This document shows, piece after piece, positions 10,631 through 23,649 of a stretch of 64,000 nucleotides of DNA. How positions within the stretch are numbered: position 1 is the stretch's first letter; each line of letters begins with the position of its first letter. The notes beneath the pieces are model-generated. The model was given only the letters and a program-made list of their open reading frames with translations. It was not told where the DNA came from and did not search any database. Source of the DNA: Sminthopsis crassicaudata (taxonomy: Eukaryota); assembly GCF_048593235.1 (NCBI RefSeq), contig NC_133620.1, positions 477,679,886 to 477,743,885 on the forward strand, given 5' to 3'. Both the position numbers and the translations under genes were made by a program.

Positions 10631-12889
10631 ACCCAGAGTCCCCAGGTGGGAAGGACCCGCACTCACACCCAGCAGCCCCTGGGCCTCCGGCTCCAGCCTT
10701 GGGCTCCATCCCGGAGTTACTTAGAGGGACCCTGGTCTCTCTGGCTGCTGGCTGTCACTGGGGCTGGCGTTCAGGGGCGCAGGGGGCCACGCGCCAAAGC
10801 CCTTTCAGGCCGGACGGGGTGGGGATGAGGGGGAAGACCCCGGGGCTGCAGGCTCCTTGGCCGGTCTGTCTGGGGAGGCCCCTTTGCTCGCCTAAGGCCC
10901 CCGTGGCATTGGTGGGGCCTGGGGATCTCCAGCCCAGGGTCTGACAACCTGGGGAAGGGTCTTTGCTCAGAGACCTCAGCCTGCCCGCTTCCTCCTTCCC
11001 GCTCCAGCCGCAGTCTTGAGTCTGGCAGGGCTGTGGTCCGGCTGGCCAGCGGGCAGAGGCTTCAGAGAGACTCCGGCCTTCGCTGCCAGGCTGTCTGGCC
11101 ACCTGTGGGCAGGGCTTCAGAGCCAGGAAGCCGGGGCTCAACTCCCTGCCTGCCTGAACCTCAGTTCTTTCCTCCTTGGAACGAGGGGGGCCCCATGGGC
11201 TCCGAGGCCAGGAAAGGGGCGAGGGGATAATGGGGATCGTGGTGTCAGATCCTGCTGTGGGATCCCCTGCCCCCAGCCACGCCTATGGCCTTCCTCCAGC
11301 CCATAGTCCCCCCAGGCCTGAGCCTGGGCTGTTCCCCTGGCCGGCCAGAGGGCCGGAGGGCCTGAGGGCCGTGGGGGAGCTCGAACTCCCCCTCCCAGCC
11401 CTGCCGGGCGCCGACTCTCTGATGTCTTTCCAGGCTCTAAAAATACCCCGGTGGCGGTGCCCCGCGCCAAGGCTGGCCATTCTTGTGGGCTGCTCAGCAG
11501 GAAATGGGTGGCTCCCAGTTCTCAGTCCTGGTTCTCCGTCCAGTTCTCAGTCCCTGTGCTCGGCGAGAGTAAGACATCCAGAAATGGAAGCTGGCCTCTG
11601 GCCTCCAGGGGGATTAGAGCAGCGAGAAAGCAGCTCAGGGCCCTGGCGAGCCGCGTGGCCCCTCAGAGACCCTGGGTTCAAATCCCAGCTTTGCCCCTTT
11701 GTCCCTGGGTGCCCGTGGGCAGAGCACTTAACTGCCTGGGCCTGGGCTAGGATGGCCTGAGTCCCTCCCAGCTCTAGAGCCCAGAACCCAAGCCCCACGG
11801 GAGGAGGGGGGTCTCCACTTATTTTCCCAGTTATTGTCCCAAATTTGATCCAAACGGTTTCCTTTCCATAGGGCGGCCCCCGCCATCAAGGAACCGACAT
11901 TGTGGCCCCCCAGGTGGCAGCAAGGTGGGGCCGTAGGTAGATGGAACGCTGGGCTGGGAGGCGGGAAGTCCCGAGTTCAGGTCCAGCACCGGACAACGAC
12001 TCTGGATGAGTCCCTGACCCGTTTCCTCCTCCGTAGAATGCAGATGTTCCCCACCCCAAACAAAGGAGACCCTGGTGAGGCTCCGAGTGCTCCGGGCGCG
12101 TGGTGAATGTCTGCTCCTTTCCCCGCCAAGGGCCTTCCGTGGGCAGCGAAGCCCCAGGCTGGTGCTGACGCGGGACCCAGTCCTGCAGCCGGAACGTGAG
12201 CTCGGCGGGATCAGACCCTCGCCCTGAATGTCCTTTTATCCCTTCAGAGGGAACAGCCCGGGCACCTCGCCCTGGCAGAGCCTGGCACCGGCCAGTCCCA
12301 CAGGAGAAAGTATTCCTGTTCCAAAGCATTTCGGGCAGAAATGTGGCCTGAGGCCGGAGGGAGCCCTCAGAGCGGGCCGGCTCCCCCGAGGGCGGCGAAA
12401 GCGGCTTCAGAGTGTCCCTTCCCTCCCAGGGACCCTCACAGCATCCCAGACCGCTGCCCACCGCGGGCCCAGGCTGCCTTCGGTCCGCTTCAGACCAGGA
12501 GGAGCACACGGGGCCAGAGGCTCCCCAGGGAGATTTCGAGGACAGGCCCGAGACAAAAAGGCCGAGAGAGAGAGGACGATGACCAGAGCACCGGCCCCGC
12601 CGCCGACTTTCCAGAGCTCTGGGTAGGGAGACTCTGATTCCAGAGGTGGAGGGAGGGGGTACCTCGGAGGGAGAGAGAACTTGCCATTTCTTGACCTGAT
12701 AAGGGAAACCGAGGCACGAGCATTTTCAGGATGTTATAGGCCCCATGGCTGGCATTTGGGCCCCAATTTTCTGACTCCAAATCCTGTGCTCCTTCCTCTG
12801 GACCACTTGCCCTTAAATGAAACCACAGGCCACGTTTAAGACCATTTTCATGAGTATCACCCTCATTCTGCAGCTGTCGAGAACCAAGT

Positions 12890-13018
12890 GTCTTCCTCTC
12901 CTTCCCCCTCCTCCTCCTCTTCCTTTCCCTCCTCTTCCCCCTCATCTTCCTCTTCCTTCTTCCCTTCCCCTCCCCCCCTCCTCCCCTCTTCCTTTCCCCT
13001 CCTTTCCCTCCCCCCCCA
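12890..13018. repeat. Polypyrimidine (CT-rich) tract
   Basis: About 130 bp composed almost entirely of C and T. Confidence 0.9.
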
Positions 13019-16000
13019 GGGGGGAGCTCTTTGGCCAGTGCCGTGGCTTCTGAGCCCCCGGTGGATTTGCCGGGGGGAGGAGGTGTCCGTTTCCTGAGAG
13101 GCAGCAGTGGGCCCCTTCACCTCTGCGTCCCCCTCACTTTGCTGCTCGGGCTTGGGTCACCGAGGGGCCTTGGGGAACACCCAGGACGAGATGGCGAAGA
13201 GCTCCCCCCACCAAGTGGCTGGAAGGAGACCGGTCTCGGGGTGCGCTCCTCGCAGATCCCCGAGGACTCCCGCCGCCATTTGGACCGGCTTTTCACGCTA
13301 CCTTGGAGGCGCTTTTCCTATTCCGCTTGTTCCGGGTCTTCTCTCAACCTTCACAATCCAGTAACTCTCCCAAATGCTGTAGTCACCAAGTTCCCAGCGA
13401 GCCGTCCTGCTTTCGGCCCGGTGTCCACCTCCAAAGGGACGGCCCCGGGGGGCCAGGACCAAGCTGCCGCAAAACCGCCCCCTTGCCCCGTGGCACCTCC
13501 TAGGCTCTTGCTTCAAATCAGGTGAGAAATCAGACACCAGGGAAGGATGGGGACAGGACAGGGCAGCTGGACCTTTCCCGGGTCCCCGTGAAGGAGGAAG
13601 GGCAAAGGAACTCTCCTCTGGGACCCGCTGCCTTGCAGGGTCATGGGGCTGCTAAGGGGGCTGAAGCTCCTGCCTTTGGGGCACCCAGCCGGGTCCTGCC
13701 TTCCTGTCTGGCGGCACTTCCTCTGGCGGCCCCTGAGGAGGGCACCCAACCACAGGCCCCGGCCCCAAACCACAGGTCCCAGCCCCAAACCACCGGCCCC
13801 GGCCCCAGATTCTGCCTTGCAAAGAGCTTCTCTGAGCAAAGTCTCCTGGTCTGGAGACGTGGAGCCCGGCCTGGGCCGGCCTCTGAGAAGGCCATGAGGA
13901 GCCAACATCGTGGACCCGTCCAGGAAAGGCTGGTGCTGAAATGGGTTCTACAGAGAAATCGCCAAATGGACCCAAACTGACTCAGGTCTCTGGGGTGCAA
14001 CTCTTGGGAGAGGAAGCGGAGCCACCTGAAGCAAAGATCGGATTGGGACCGAGGAGCCAGAGCCGGAGACGGCGGGCCTGGGGCGGCCCGGGGAGCGGCC
14101 GTAGCCCAGGATCAGCCTGAGGGCACAGCCTGGTGGAGGACTGGCCCCCGGGGAAGGCACCGGCCCGCCTGGGCCATTCTCAGACCCCACCCGAAGCTGT
14201 GGATCCCCTCAGTTTTATGGCCCAAGTCACAGAAGCTCTAGACGTGGGTCCAGTGAACAGGGAACTTCCATCCCTGCTGGGGAAGGGGCCCTCCTCCAGC
14301 CCTTCCTTCCATCCCTGCTGGCGTCTGGGGGGCCCATCCTCCCTCTTCCTCCCTTTATAGTCCCTTCCGCCCCCCTCCCATTTGCTGGGAGGGGATTCCT
14401 TCTGGCCCAGGGTCTCCATTTCCCCCAATGTACTGGGACAGACCAGCATGGCTCGTGCTCCGCCCTCTTCCCTGGCACACCTGAGAGACTCGGGAAGCCT
14501 GGCTTTGCTTCCCTGCCAGCCCCTTTCCCAGAGCCCCCCACCCTGGAGCCCCCACGCTGCCTCCTGCTCCCTGCTGGGCCCGTGGCCCCTCCCCAAACCA
14601 CCCTCTCAGATGGCTATCGGCCCCCCTACTGGGGATAAAGGCAGCGAGCTGCCTCACAGGGAGAAAGCCCCGGGCCTCTGGGGAGTGAGGGATGCGCCCG
14701 GCCCGGCCTGACCGCCGCTCCTCACACAGAGCCCAGCCTTCTGTTCCCTGCACCCCACTACCTCGGAACCCATTAAACAGGGATCGCAGCCATTGCTCAG
14801 CCCCTCTGAGGCTTGCTATTCTGCCCAGAGCCTCCCCGCGGTTCCCAGAAGTCCTAGAAATGCCCTAGAACTCCACCGATGGGCCCCCGTGGCCAGTAAG
14901 GCGTCGGAGGCAGCCCCGAGCCTCACCCCAGCTGCCCTCAGCCCCCGCCCCCTTCCTCTCCAGCCTGGCTCACAGGGGGCCCGGGAGAAGGGCTCCATTG
15001 CTCTCCTTGAAAGGGCCACGGAGAAGCAGCTCCCCACAGTTCTGGCAGGACCCCCCAGTCCCCTTCAGGAGCCCCCTTCAAACCCCAGGCTGGTTCAGAG
15101 CCTCAGAAGGGCGGGCGGCTGCTGGGCGCGGGCAGGCACCTCTGCCCCTTCGGCGGCCGGCCCAAGCCTCAGCCGCGTGGGGAGGGCCCGGCCAACGGCA
15201 GCCGCCCAGACTGGGCCCTTTGCAGAGGAGGGGCAAGGGAACAGGTCGTCTGGATCAAGGGAACGGGTCGTCTGGATCAAGCAGGGAGCGCCGTGGCCGA
15301 AGCCCGAGCTCTTGGGGCCCGGACTTTGAACAGAGCTCGCCCTCCCCAGGGGCCCCAGCCAGCATGGACCTTACTGGGCCTGGCCAAGCCTGGCCCACCC
15401 TGGCCCGGGGCCCAGAGACCCTGGACCTGGACTCCGCCCGGAAGGGGACAGCTTTGTATCTGCCCTCCTGGAAACCAAACCCGGGGTGGGGGAGGGAGAA
15501 GCCTTGGGCGGGGTCTCGTGGGACCAAAACCCAGGGCCTGCCTTCTGGGCCCCATATCCCAGCCCAGACACTCTTCAGTAGTGGGGAGGGGGTTAAGGAG
15601 TTCCTTAAATTCACAGTAGGAAATTGGGAGGGGGGCTTTATCCAGAGTGATGGGGGGGAGTTCCAGGGGAGGGGTTCGGACCCAGACCCAGAAGCTCCAG
15701 GGACATTTAGGATAGATCAACAAGGCTGGGGGGGGGGAACCTGGTCCTAGACCCTCTTTAGCTACTAATTAGTGAGTTCTTGAGTTCTTGAATTTGCCTG
15801 TAAAGGGAGGCGTTGGCCTGGGGGCCCCTGGACCTTCTGTACCCTGGGGGGGGGCCTGAAAAAGGGGCCGTGGACACAGGCTCCGCCCTGGGGGCCTGGC
15901 AGCGGCCCTCGCCCTCGCTGTCTGGGGCACCTCCCCTGAGAGGGCATTTGGAGCGGCTCAGTCCGGGCCTCTTTCCCTTCCCACCCAGAAATGGTTCTTC

Positions 16001-16169
16001 CTGTCACTTTGTTGGAAAAGCTCCACTGGGAAAGCGTGCCCTCCAAAGTCAACACTTGGGCCCAGAATGTGTCGTCTTCTGGCTATTGTGCCCGGCTGCC
16101 GAGGCTTCCCGCTGCCAGGCGGGACCCGGGGAAACCAGCCGGCCTTCGTCCCAGAAGCTCCTGCAGCGC

Positions 16170-17030
16170 TGCCGCCCTGAGAACGAGGACCCGGGGGACC
16201 CTGAGAACGAGGACTGGGGGGCCCTGAGAACGAGGATCGGGGACCCTGAGAACGAGGACTGGGGGGCCCTGAGAACAAGGACTAGGGGGCCCTAAGAACG
16301 AGGACTGGGGGCCCTGAGAACGAGGCCTCGGGCCCTGAGAACAAGGACTGGGGGGCCCTGAGAAAAAGGACCCGGGGGCCCTGAGAACGAGGACCTGGGG
16401 GGCCCTGAGAAAAAGGACCCGGGGGCCCTGAGACCGAGGACCTGGGGGGCCCTGAGAACGAGGACCCGGGGGGCCCTGAGAACGAGGCCCCAGGGCCCTG
16501 AGAACGAGGATCGGGGGCCCTGAGACCGAGGACCTGGGGGGCCCTGAGAACGAGGACCCGGGGGACCCTGAGAACGAGGCCCCAGGGCCCTGAGAACGAG
16601 GATCGGGGGCCCTGAGACCGAGGACCTGGGGGGCCCTGAGAACGAGGACCCGGGGGACCCTGAGAACGAGGACCTGGGGGGCCCGGAGAACGAGGACTGG
16701 GGGGCCCTGAGAACAAGGACTAGGGGGCCCTAAGAACGAGGACTGGGGGCCCTGAGAACGAGGACTGGGGGGCCCTGAGAACAAGGACTGGGGGGCCCTG
16801 AGAAAAAGGACCTGGGGGCCCTGAGAACGAGGATTAGGGGGCCCTGAGAAAAAGGACCCGGGGGCCCTGAGAACGAGGACTGGGGGGCCTGGAGAACGAG
16901 GACTGGGGGCCCTGAGAACAAGGACTAGGGGGCCCTAAGAACGAGGACTGGGGGCCCTGAGAACGAGGACTGGGGGGCCCTGAGAACAAGGACTGGGGGG
17001 CCCTGAGAACGAGGCCTGGGGGGCCCTGGG
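16170..17030. repeat. Large GC-rich minisatellite, ~21-23 bp unit, about 40 copies
   Basis: CCCTGAGAAC(G/A)AGGAC(T/C)GGGGGG core repeated head-to-tail with variant units. Confidence 0.97.
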
Positions 17031-19159
17031 CAGCTACTGGGGAGGAAGGCTCCTGCTCCCCCCTGCTGCTTCTCTCCTGAAGCCTGTGCAGCTGAGGGGG
17101 GGCAGCCCCAGCTCGCTTTGTCCGCGTCTCTCCCTGGGGGAAGAGGGCTGGGGATGAGGAGCCGGACTGGGGCACCCTTCTCTGGGTACCATGGAGGGGG
17201 GGCGATTACCGCCATGGGCCCGCCCTCTTCCCCCTGACTCCGAGCCCCTCCTCGGAGGGGACAGAAACAGGCCTCCAGGACCCCAGGGACCCCAGTGGAT
17301 GGCGGGTTCAGGGCCGTTCCAGAGCCTGCCCTCAGGGATGTGGAGAAAGGCTCAGAAAAAGCTCCGTGAATGGGGCTGGGGGAGGCAGAAAGGCGAGGTC
17401 AGAGGCCATGGGGCAAAGGTGCCCAGAGCCCTGGCGCCTCCCCTGGGCCAGGACCAGGGCTCCCTACCTCCAAGAGCAGCCCCGCCCCCCCAGCCTTGGC
17501 TCTGGGTGAAGTGACCTCACCCACCTCAGGGCTGTGGGTGTGTGTCTGCCTGTCCTGTGAACAAAGAACTCCGGGCTGCTATTTTCTACAGGGATCTGCT
17601 CCAAACCTCAGCTTTCTCATCTGTGAAATGGGCGGAGACCTGAGGGAGGACCGGGGCCTGGGGCGCTCCCAGCTTCGGGCCCAGAGCTGAGGTGCCTCCC
17701 ATCCCCGGGGCCCTATTGGTGAGCGCGGGCGGCCAATGGCCTGGTCCGGAGCCCGGCCCCTCCCCTGTGCTGGTGCCCAAGCCAGAAGAATGCTGCTCAG
17801 CTGCCATCAGCTCCTGTGAGCCGCCTGTCTAATCCTGGCTCGGAGCGGGAAGCCGGATTTCTCACTTGATGGAACACCCCGTCCGGACCACCAGGCCTCC
17901 GTTCCGGCCGGAGCCGCGGCGGGCGGGGGCCTGGCTCGGGACTCAGGGGTCCGGCTTCTCCTGGCCCCATCTCTCCCTGTGAAAACCCCAATAATGTCAA
18001 GCGCTGAATTCCTGCGGCTAAAAATAAAACTGTAAAGCAGCATTTCCTAAGGCACAAACGCCAGGCCGCGAGCCCCGGCGCCAGGCCGCAGACAGGCCCG
18101 AGGAGCCGCTTCTCTGCCGGACCCAGCTTCTGACCCTGCGGCCGAGAGCCCGGCCTTCCTCCCGGGGCGCCAGGGCCCCTTGTGGGGCGGGAGGCCCTTG
18201 GGCGCCTGCAGAAGGAAGCAGAGGAGGTGCGAGGAGACGGACGAAGCAAGAGCGAGGCCGGGCTCGGGGGCTCGGGGGCTCGGGGGCGAGGAAGCACCGG
18301 CAGGAGGAAACCCAGGGGGGAGAGGCAGAAACGGCCGGAGTCCATGTCCCTCACGGCGCAGAACAGATGAGCCTGGAGAACACGACGGGCATGTGCTCGG
18401 AGACGAGAAATGGGAGCCTTCGAGGCGGCAGATGCCGCTGCCTCGTGCTCCCTCCCTCTGTCTCTGTGTCTCTGTCTGTCTCCCTCCCTCCCTTCCTGTT
18501 TCTCCTTTCTTTCTTTGTCTCTAAAACAAGGAACCCCCATTTACGCCCGGAGCGAGTCTCCCCAGAAGTTGCTGCTCGGACTGCTGAGTCTCCTGAGCCC
18601 GAGACAAAGGGGGCCCCCACTTGGGGCACGGCAGCCAAGCTGCAGGCCACGGGGCGCCACGCCGGTCACGGTCACTGTGCCCTAAGAACAGGGACATTCC
18701 CCGAGGAAGACTCGCCACGGCGCGAGGTGAGGGAGCAGACCGGAGCCACTTGGGCAGAGGCCCCCGGAGGCCCCGGGCCGGCGGGGAGGAAGCGGCCTCC
18801 GTCACGGGCACGTGTTTGGACGCGGCCCCCACGGGAGCCGGTTTGGTGGCTTTGTGCGTGTTGGTGACCACGGCTTGGGAGGGAGAGGAAACATTTGTTT
18901 ATTGAAATAAAAGAAAATTGAATTAAAAACCCCTAAAGTGCCGAAGAAACGGCATCTGTCTTTGCTTGGCCGACGTGGGCCGCCCCCCTTCCCCGCTCTG
19001 GTTTGGCCGTGGGTGCAGCCGGGGAGCCCGAGGGCCCCCTCTCGTCCCCATCCCCCTTCTTCCATCTCTTCTTATGGCACATCTTCATTCTCTGGCTCCC
19101 CCTGGCAAGGAACGCTCAGGGAACGGGGGCCGGGCTGCCCTAGACCCTCTCCCCGTGAC

Positions 19160-19300
19160 AGGGGCCTGCATGTTGTCACTAAAAGCCTTTTGCTCGCAGA
19201 GTGTAGCACCTACTGTGTGCCCAGCCATCCCACAAGCCCCGGGGACTCAAACCCAAGGTGCTGCCCTCAGGAGCCTTGTTTTCCTGGGGGGCAAGCGGGC
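19160..19300 (-). mobile_element. Degraded L2 3' fragment
   Basis: AGCACCTACTGTGTGCC...CTGCCCTCAGGAGC resembles the reverse complement of the L2 3' end. Confidence 0.5.
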
Positions 19301-20288
19301 ATTCCCCCTTCTCTGCAGCTAAATAGATCACACACCCTTAAAGCCCAGGCTGCAGCTTCCCGACACCCGGGAGCGAGGCCCCGGGTCTAAGGAAGAGGGA
19401 GCCCCAGTCCCCCCTTCTCCCAGCTCCGGGGCCCACCCCTGCAGTCAGGCCCCATCTTCCAGCCCCATCTTCCTCTGCCTCGGAGCGGCTCCCTCGGGCT
19501 GGTGGGCGGGCACGGGACGGCGGGCAGTGGCTCCGCTGACCCGGGCACATATCGGAACAGGAGCGGCAAGCTCGCCGTCCAGCCCCCGGCCAGTAAGGGG
19601 AGGATAAGAGGGACTCTCCCTGCCGGACACCCGGCCCCAGCCAGCCCTGGGCCTGGGAAGACGAGACTTAAAAGATGGAAATTGAGGGAGGGGGCGCGCC
19701 AGCTGGGGAGAAAGAGCAGCGCATGCAGTGGGGTCCCCAGCACTTCTCTGGACCCCCCTACAGCCATGGCCTGGATAACCCTGCACCCCCCATGACCTGG
19801 GCACCCTGCACCCCCCAGCTGTGGCCTGGCAGCCCCCCCCCCAGCTACGGCTTAGGGACTCAGCCCATTTGTCTTTGCATCTCCTTCCCCCTCTCCCCCC
19901 AAGCCCCTCCTTCCCTGGCCTGGCCCAGGGTCAGAGCTTGGGACTAAGAGCCTTGTCCAGGGGCACACAGGGATTCAGGCTGATCTGGGCTCCCCCCAGG
20001 CCCCCCGGCCCATCCTTTTTGTCTCAACAGGCCTCAGCTTACTCTTCTGTCCAAGGTGGGGCTCAGCCCCACGGGTAGCACTGGGGGGAGGGGCGGAGCT
20101 GCCATGGAGGGCCGGAGGGCTCCCCTCTTGGGACAAGGTTGTCCCCCCTCTCTCACCCAGGACCCCCGGAGACAGGGCTCCTTTCCAAAGTCCTCGAACC
20201 CCAACCTTCCCACTCAATGGTCCCAGGTCCTGCTGCATTTTTAGGCACAAAAAAGGGGGAGCTTAAGTGGCCCTTTCACCATCAGGCT

Positions 20289-20555
20289 NNNNNNNNNNNN
20301 NNNNNNNNNNNNNNNNNNNNNNNNNNNNNNNNNNNNNNNNNNNNNNNNNNNNNNNNNNNNNNNNNNNNNNNNNNNNNNNNNNNNNNNNNNNNNNNNNNNN
20401 NNNNNNNNNNNNNNNNNNNNNNNNNNNNNNNNNNNNNNNNNNNNNNNNNNNNNNNNNNNNNNNNNNNNNNNNNNNNNNNNNNNNNNNNNNNNNNNNNNNN
20501 NNNNNNNNNNNNNNNNNNNNNNNNNNNNNNNNNNNNNNNNNNNNNNNNNNNNNNN
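20289..20555. other. Assembly gap / masked run (267 N) followed by a CT-rich tract
   Basis: Run of N. Confidence 0.99.
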
Positions 20556-21974
20556 CTTCCCTTCCCTCTCTCCCTCCCTCTTTCCTCCTTCCTTCTCTTC
20601 TCCCTTTCTCCCTCTTTCATTTCCTCCCTCCCTCCCTCCCTCCTATTTCTTGTTCCCTCTTTTTTTGCTCCCTCCTCCGTCCCCCTTTCCCACCCCTTCC
20701 TGGACCCTTTCAGGCCCCTATAGCCTGACCCAGTTGGCCCCCTCTCCCACCTCTCAGCTCCCTAAGCTTCAACCTATTCTTGTCCTTTGTTAACCCAGAG
20801 TGCCCTCTGCCCCTGCTTGCTGTCAGCCTGGCATCTGACTGCTGGGCTCGGCATACCACCCACAAATGCCAGGGCCGGACCCATCCTTCCATGGGCAAAG
20901 CCGGGCCTGCCCGAAGCCTCTGAGCCGCTTCTGGGAAGCTTTCCCTGGCTCTGCCCTGGAGAGCCGATGACAGGCCACCGTGGGAAGCCTCTGTGTGTGG
21001 ATGGGCCTTCTGGGCCGCAGCTGAGTCCCCTGGGCCCGTGCCCTGCCCGCATGACTGGCCGGCAGGGCCTCCCGGAGTCCAGGGTCACCTCTGCCTCCAA
21101 ATGAGACTGGGCAGGGCTGGCAGGGAGGGCTTCATTTAAGTCACAGAAAAATGGGCTTATTCCAGCCCAGAAAAGCGGCTCACTTAGCTGCCCGAGGCCC
21201 GGAGACAGGAAGAGAAATGCCAGCGGGCTGGCCCCGGCGGCGTCGGACTCGCCTCGGCCTCAATCCTGGACTCCTGGATTCCAGCAGGGAATCCAAGGTG
21301 AGGGCACCGAGGCCGGAGCAGCCCAGGGTTCCCCAAGGTCACCCAGGTGGGCAGGAGCCGAGCGGGGGCGACTCCAAGACTCCCCCACTAACGCCGGCTG
21401 GCTCCCTGCCTCCCCACAAGCTCGGGGCAGCTCGGAGCTCTGGGGATCAGGACCCAGGGTCTCCAAGGAGGAATCACTGCCCCCCCCATGATGGGACGCT
21501 CACTCCCTGCTGAAGCAGCCCTGGCGGCCAAAGGCCTCTGGATCCAAGCGGCTCTCGCCCTGATCCCACCAGGAGGTCCTTTCCCATTTGCTGGGCCTCT
21601 GCTTCATCTCCCAGCCTCCATTTTATCTCTGGGCCTCCACTTTATCTCCAGCTTTATCTCCCAGCCTCCACTTTATCTCCAGGCCTCTGCAGGCCCCTGG
21701 GGGCAGAGGCTGTCCCCTTTCTGTCCAGCTCCCCCAGAGCGAATGTGGCTCATCCCCAGAGCAGCTGCCACTGGCTGATCCAGGCAGCTCATTCGCCACG
21801 GGCCCTTCGGGGGTCTTCACGGCCCTCTCCTCGCCAGCGCCCAGCAGCCCCTGCCCTTTTCAGCTCCCTTCCCCATTAGAACATAAGACCCTGAAGGTCA
21901 GGGAATGGCTCTCTGGTCTATGTATTTGTACTAGGGTGTGATTGCATCCCTAATAAATACCGGCTTTTCTATCC

Positions 21975-22550
21975 TCCTCCTCCTCTTTGTCTCTCTGTGT
22001 CTCTGTCTCTGTCTCTGTGTGCGTCTCTCTGCGTCTCTGTCTCTTTGTGCGTGTCTCTCTGCGTCTCTGTCTCTGTCTCTGTGTGCGTGTCTCTCTGTGT
22101 CTCTGTCTCTGTCTCTTTGTGCGTGTCTCTCTGTGTCTCTGTCTCTGTCTCTTTGTGCGTGTCTCTCTGCGTCTCTGTCTCTGTCTCTGTGCCTGTCTCT
22201 CCGTGTCTCTGTCTCTGTGCGTGTCTCTCTGCGTCTCTGTCTCTGTCTCTCTGTGCGTGTCTCTCTGCGTCTCTGTCTCTGTCTCTGTGTGCGTGTCTCT
22301 CTGCGTCTCTGTCTCTGTCTCTGTGCCTGTCTCTCCGTGTCTCTGTCTCTGTGCGTGTCTCTCTGCGTCTCTGTCTCTGTCTCTCTGTGCGTGTCTCTCT
22401 GCGTCTCTGTCTCTGTCTCTGTGTGCGTGTCTCTCTGCGTCTCTGTCTCTGTCTCTGTGTGCGTGTCTCTCTGCGTCTCTGTCTCTGTCTCTGTGCGTGT
22501 CTCTCTCGTCTCTGACTCTGTCTCTGTGCGTGTCTCTCTCGTCTCTGACT
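21975..22550. repeat. Complex (GTCTCT)n/(GT) microsatellite with ~30-34 bp higher-order units
   Basis: GTCTCTGTCTCTGTGTGCGTGTCTCTCTGC repeated with variants. Confidence 0.97.
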
Positions 22551-23372
22551 TTCTCCCTTTCTTTCCTCCCTCCGCCAGCACACAAAGTGGTCGGGCCCAG
22601 AGGGGTCTCACACACATGCGTGGGGACCAGGAGGAGGAGAGGGGAGGGGAGGCAGGAGCCCTTTGGGACTGGGGTGATCCGGGAAGGCTTCTCAGAAGAG
22701 AAGACTGGGAAGGATTCCGAGTCCTCTGGAAGACACAGGGCGTGGAGGCCTCCGCCGAGGCGGGGACACAAAGGCGTCAGGACGGCGAGGGGCACGGAGC
22801 GGAGAGTGGGAGGAGGAGCAGATCCCCGGCCGGCTGCCCGGCCGCCCTGTGCCACGGCTGCCCGTCTGCTTGCTCCCTGGGGGCACCCGCTGGGCCGGGC
22901 GGCTGGATTTCTGTTTTCACAGCCCGGTGGCTTCCAGCGTGGGAAGGAGCGGGGCCCCTGGGCCTGGCACGCCAGCCTGCTGGCACTGCCCCCAGACCCA
23001 GCAGGGCGAGCCAGCTGGGCAGACGGTAACCAGGCAGCCCGCGGCCCCTCCCTGGAGAGGCTCCCTCAGGAAGGTGGGGGCCGGGGCCTTGGAGACCGTC
23101 TGGGAACAGGAGATAACGGACAGTGGTTCCCAAGGCCCCTCTCTGCCACAAGCAGTTCCCAGCCCCCACTCCTTCTCAAGCCCTTTGCTGCTGGAGGGGG
23201 GAGGGAAGGGAAGGGGGTGCCAGGAACCTTTGTCAGCCACTGGAGACTGGGAGCTTCAACTCCCCTCCCCCACCCCTGCCCTAGGAGGCCATCTGGGCCA
23301 ACAGCCCCATTCTACAGACAAGTAAACTGAGGCCCGAGTCACCCAGAGGCAGGACGCCAAGGCCAAAGCCAG

Positions 23373-23552
23373 NNNNNNNNNNNNNNNNNNNNNNNNNNNN
23401 NNNNNNNNNNNNNNNNNNNNNNNNNNNNNNNNNNNNNNNNNNNNNNNNNNNNNNNNNNNNNNNNNNNNNNNNNNNNNNNNNNNNNNNNNNNNNNNNNNNN
23501 NNNNNNNNNNNNNNNNNNNNNNNNNNNNNNNNNNNNNNNNNNNNNNNNNNNN
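23373..23552. other. Assembly gap / masked run (180 N)
   Basis: Run of N. Confidence 0.99.
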
Positions 23553-23649
23553 CTGGAAGCAGAATCAGAGAGAACGACTATCTGTGTGGTGCTCTTCGTC
23601 CTCATTAGCCAAAGCCGGGCCTCACACCATGGGGAACGTGGGGCAAAGG

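Noticed and set aside
16083-17215. Repeat array superficially CRISPR-like, with periodic ORFs (GPPSPRSQ...)
   Set aside because: Units are head-to-tail with no unique spacers or cas genes, in a eukaryotic context; it is a minisatellite.
21931-23330. 200-450 aa ORFs on both strands (RETRTQRQ / VSLCLC)
   Set aside because: Translations of a microsatellite that lacks stop codons.
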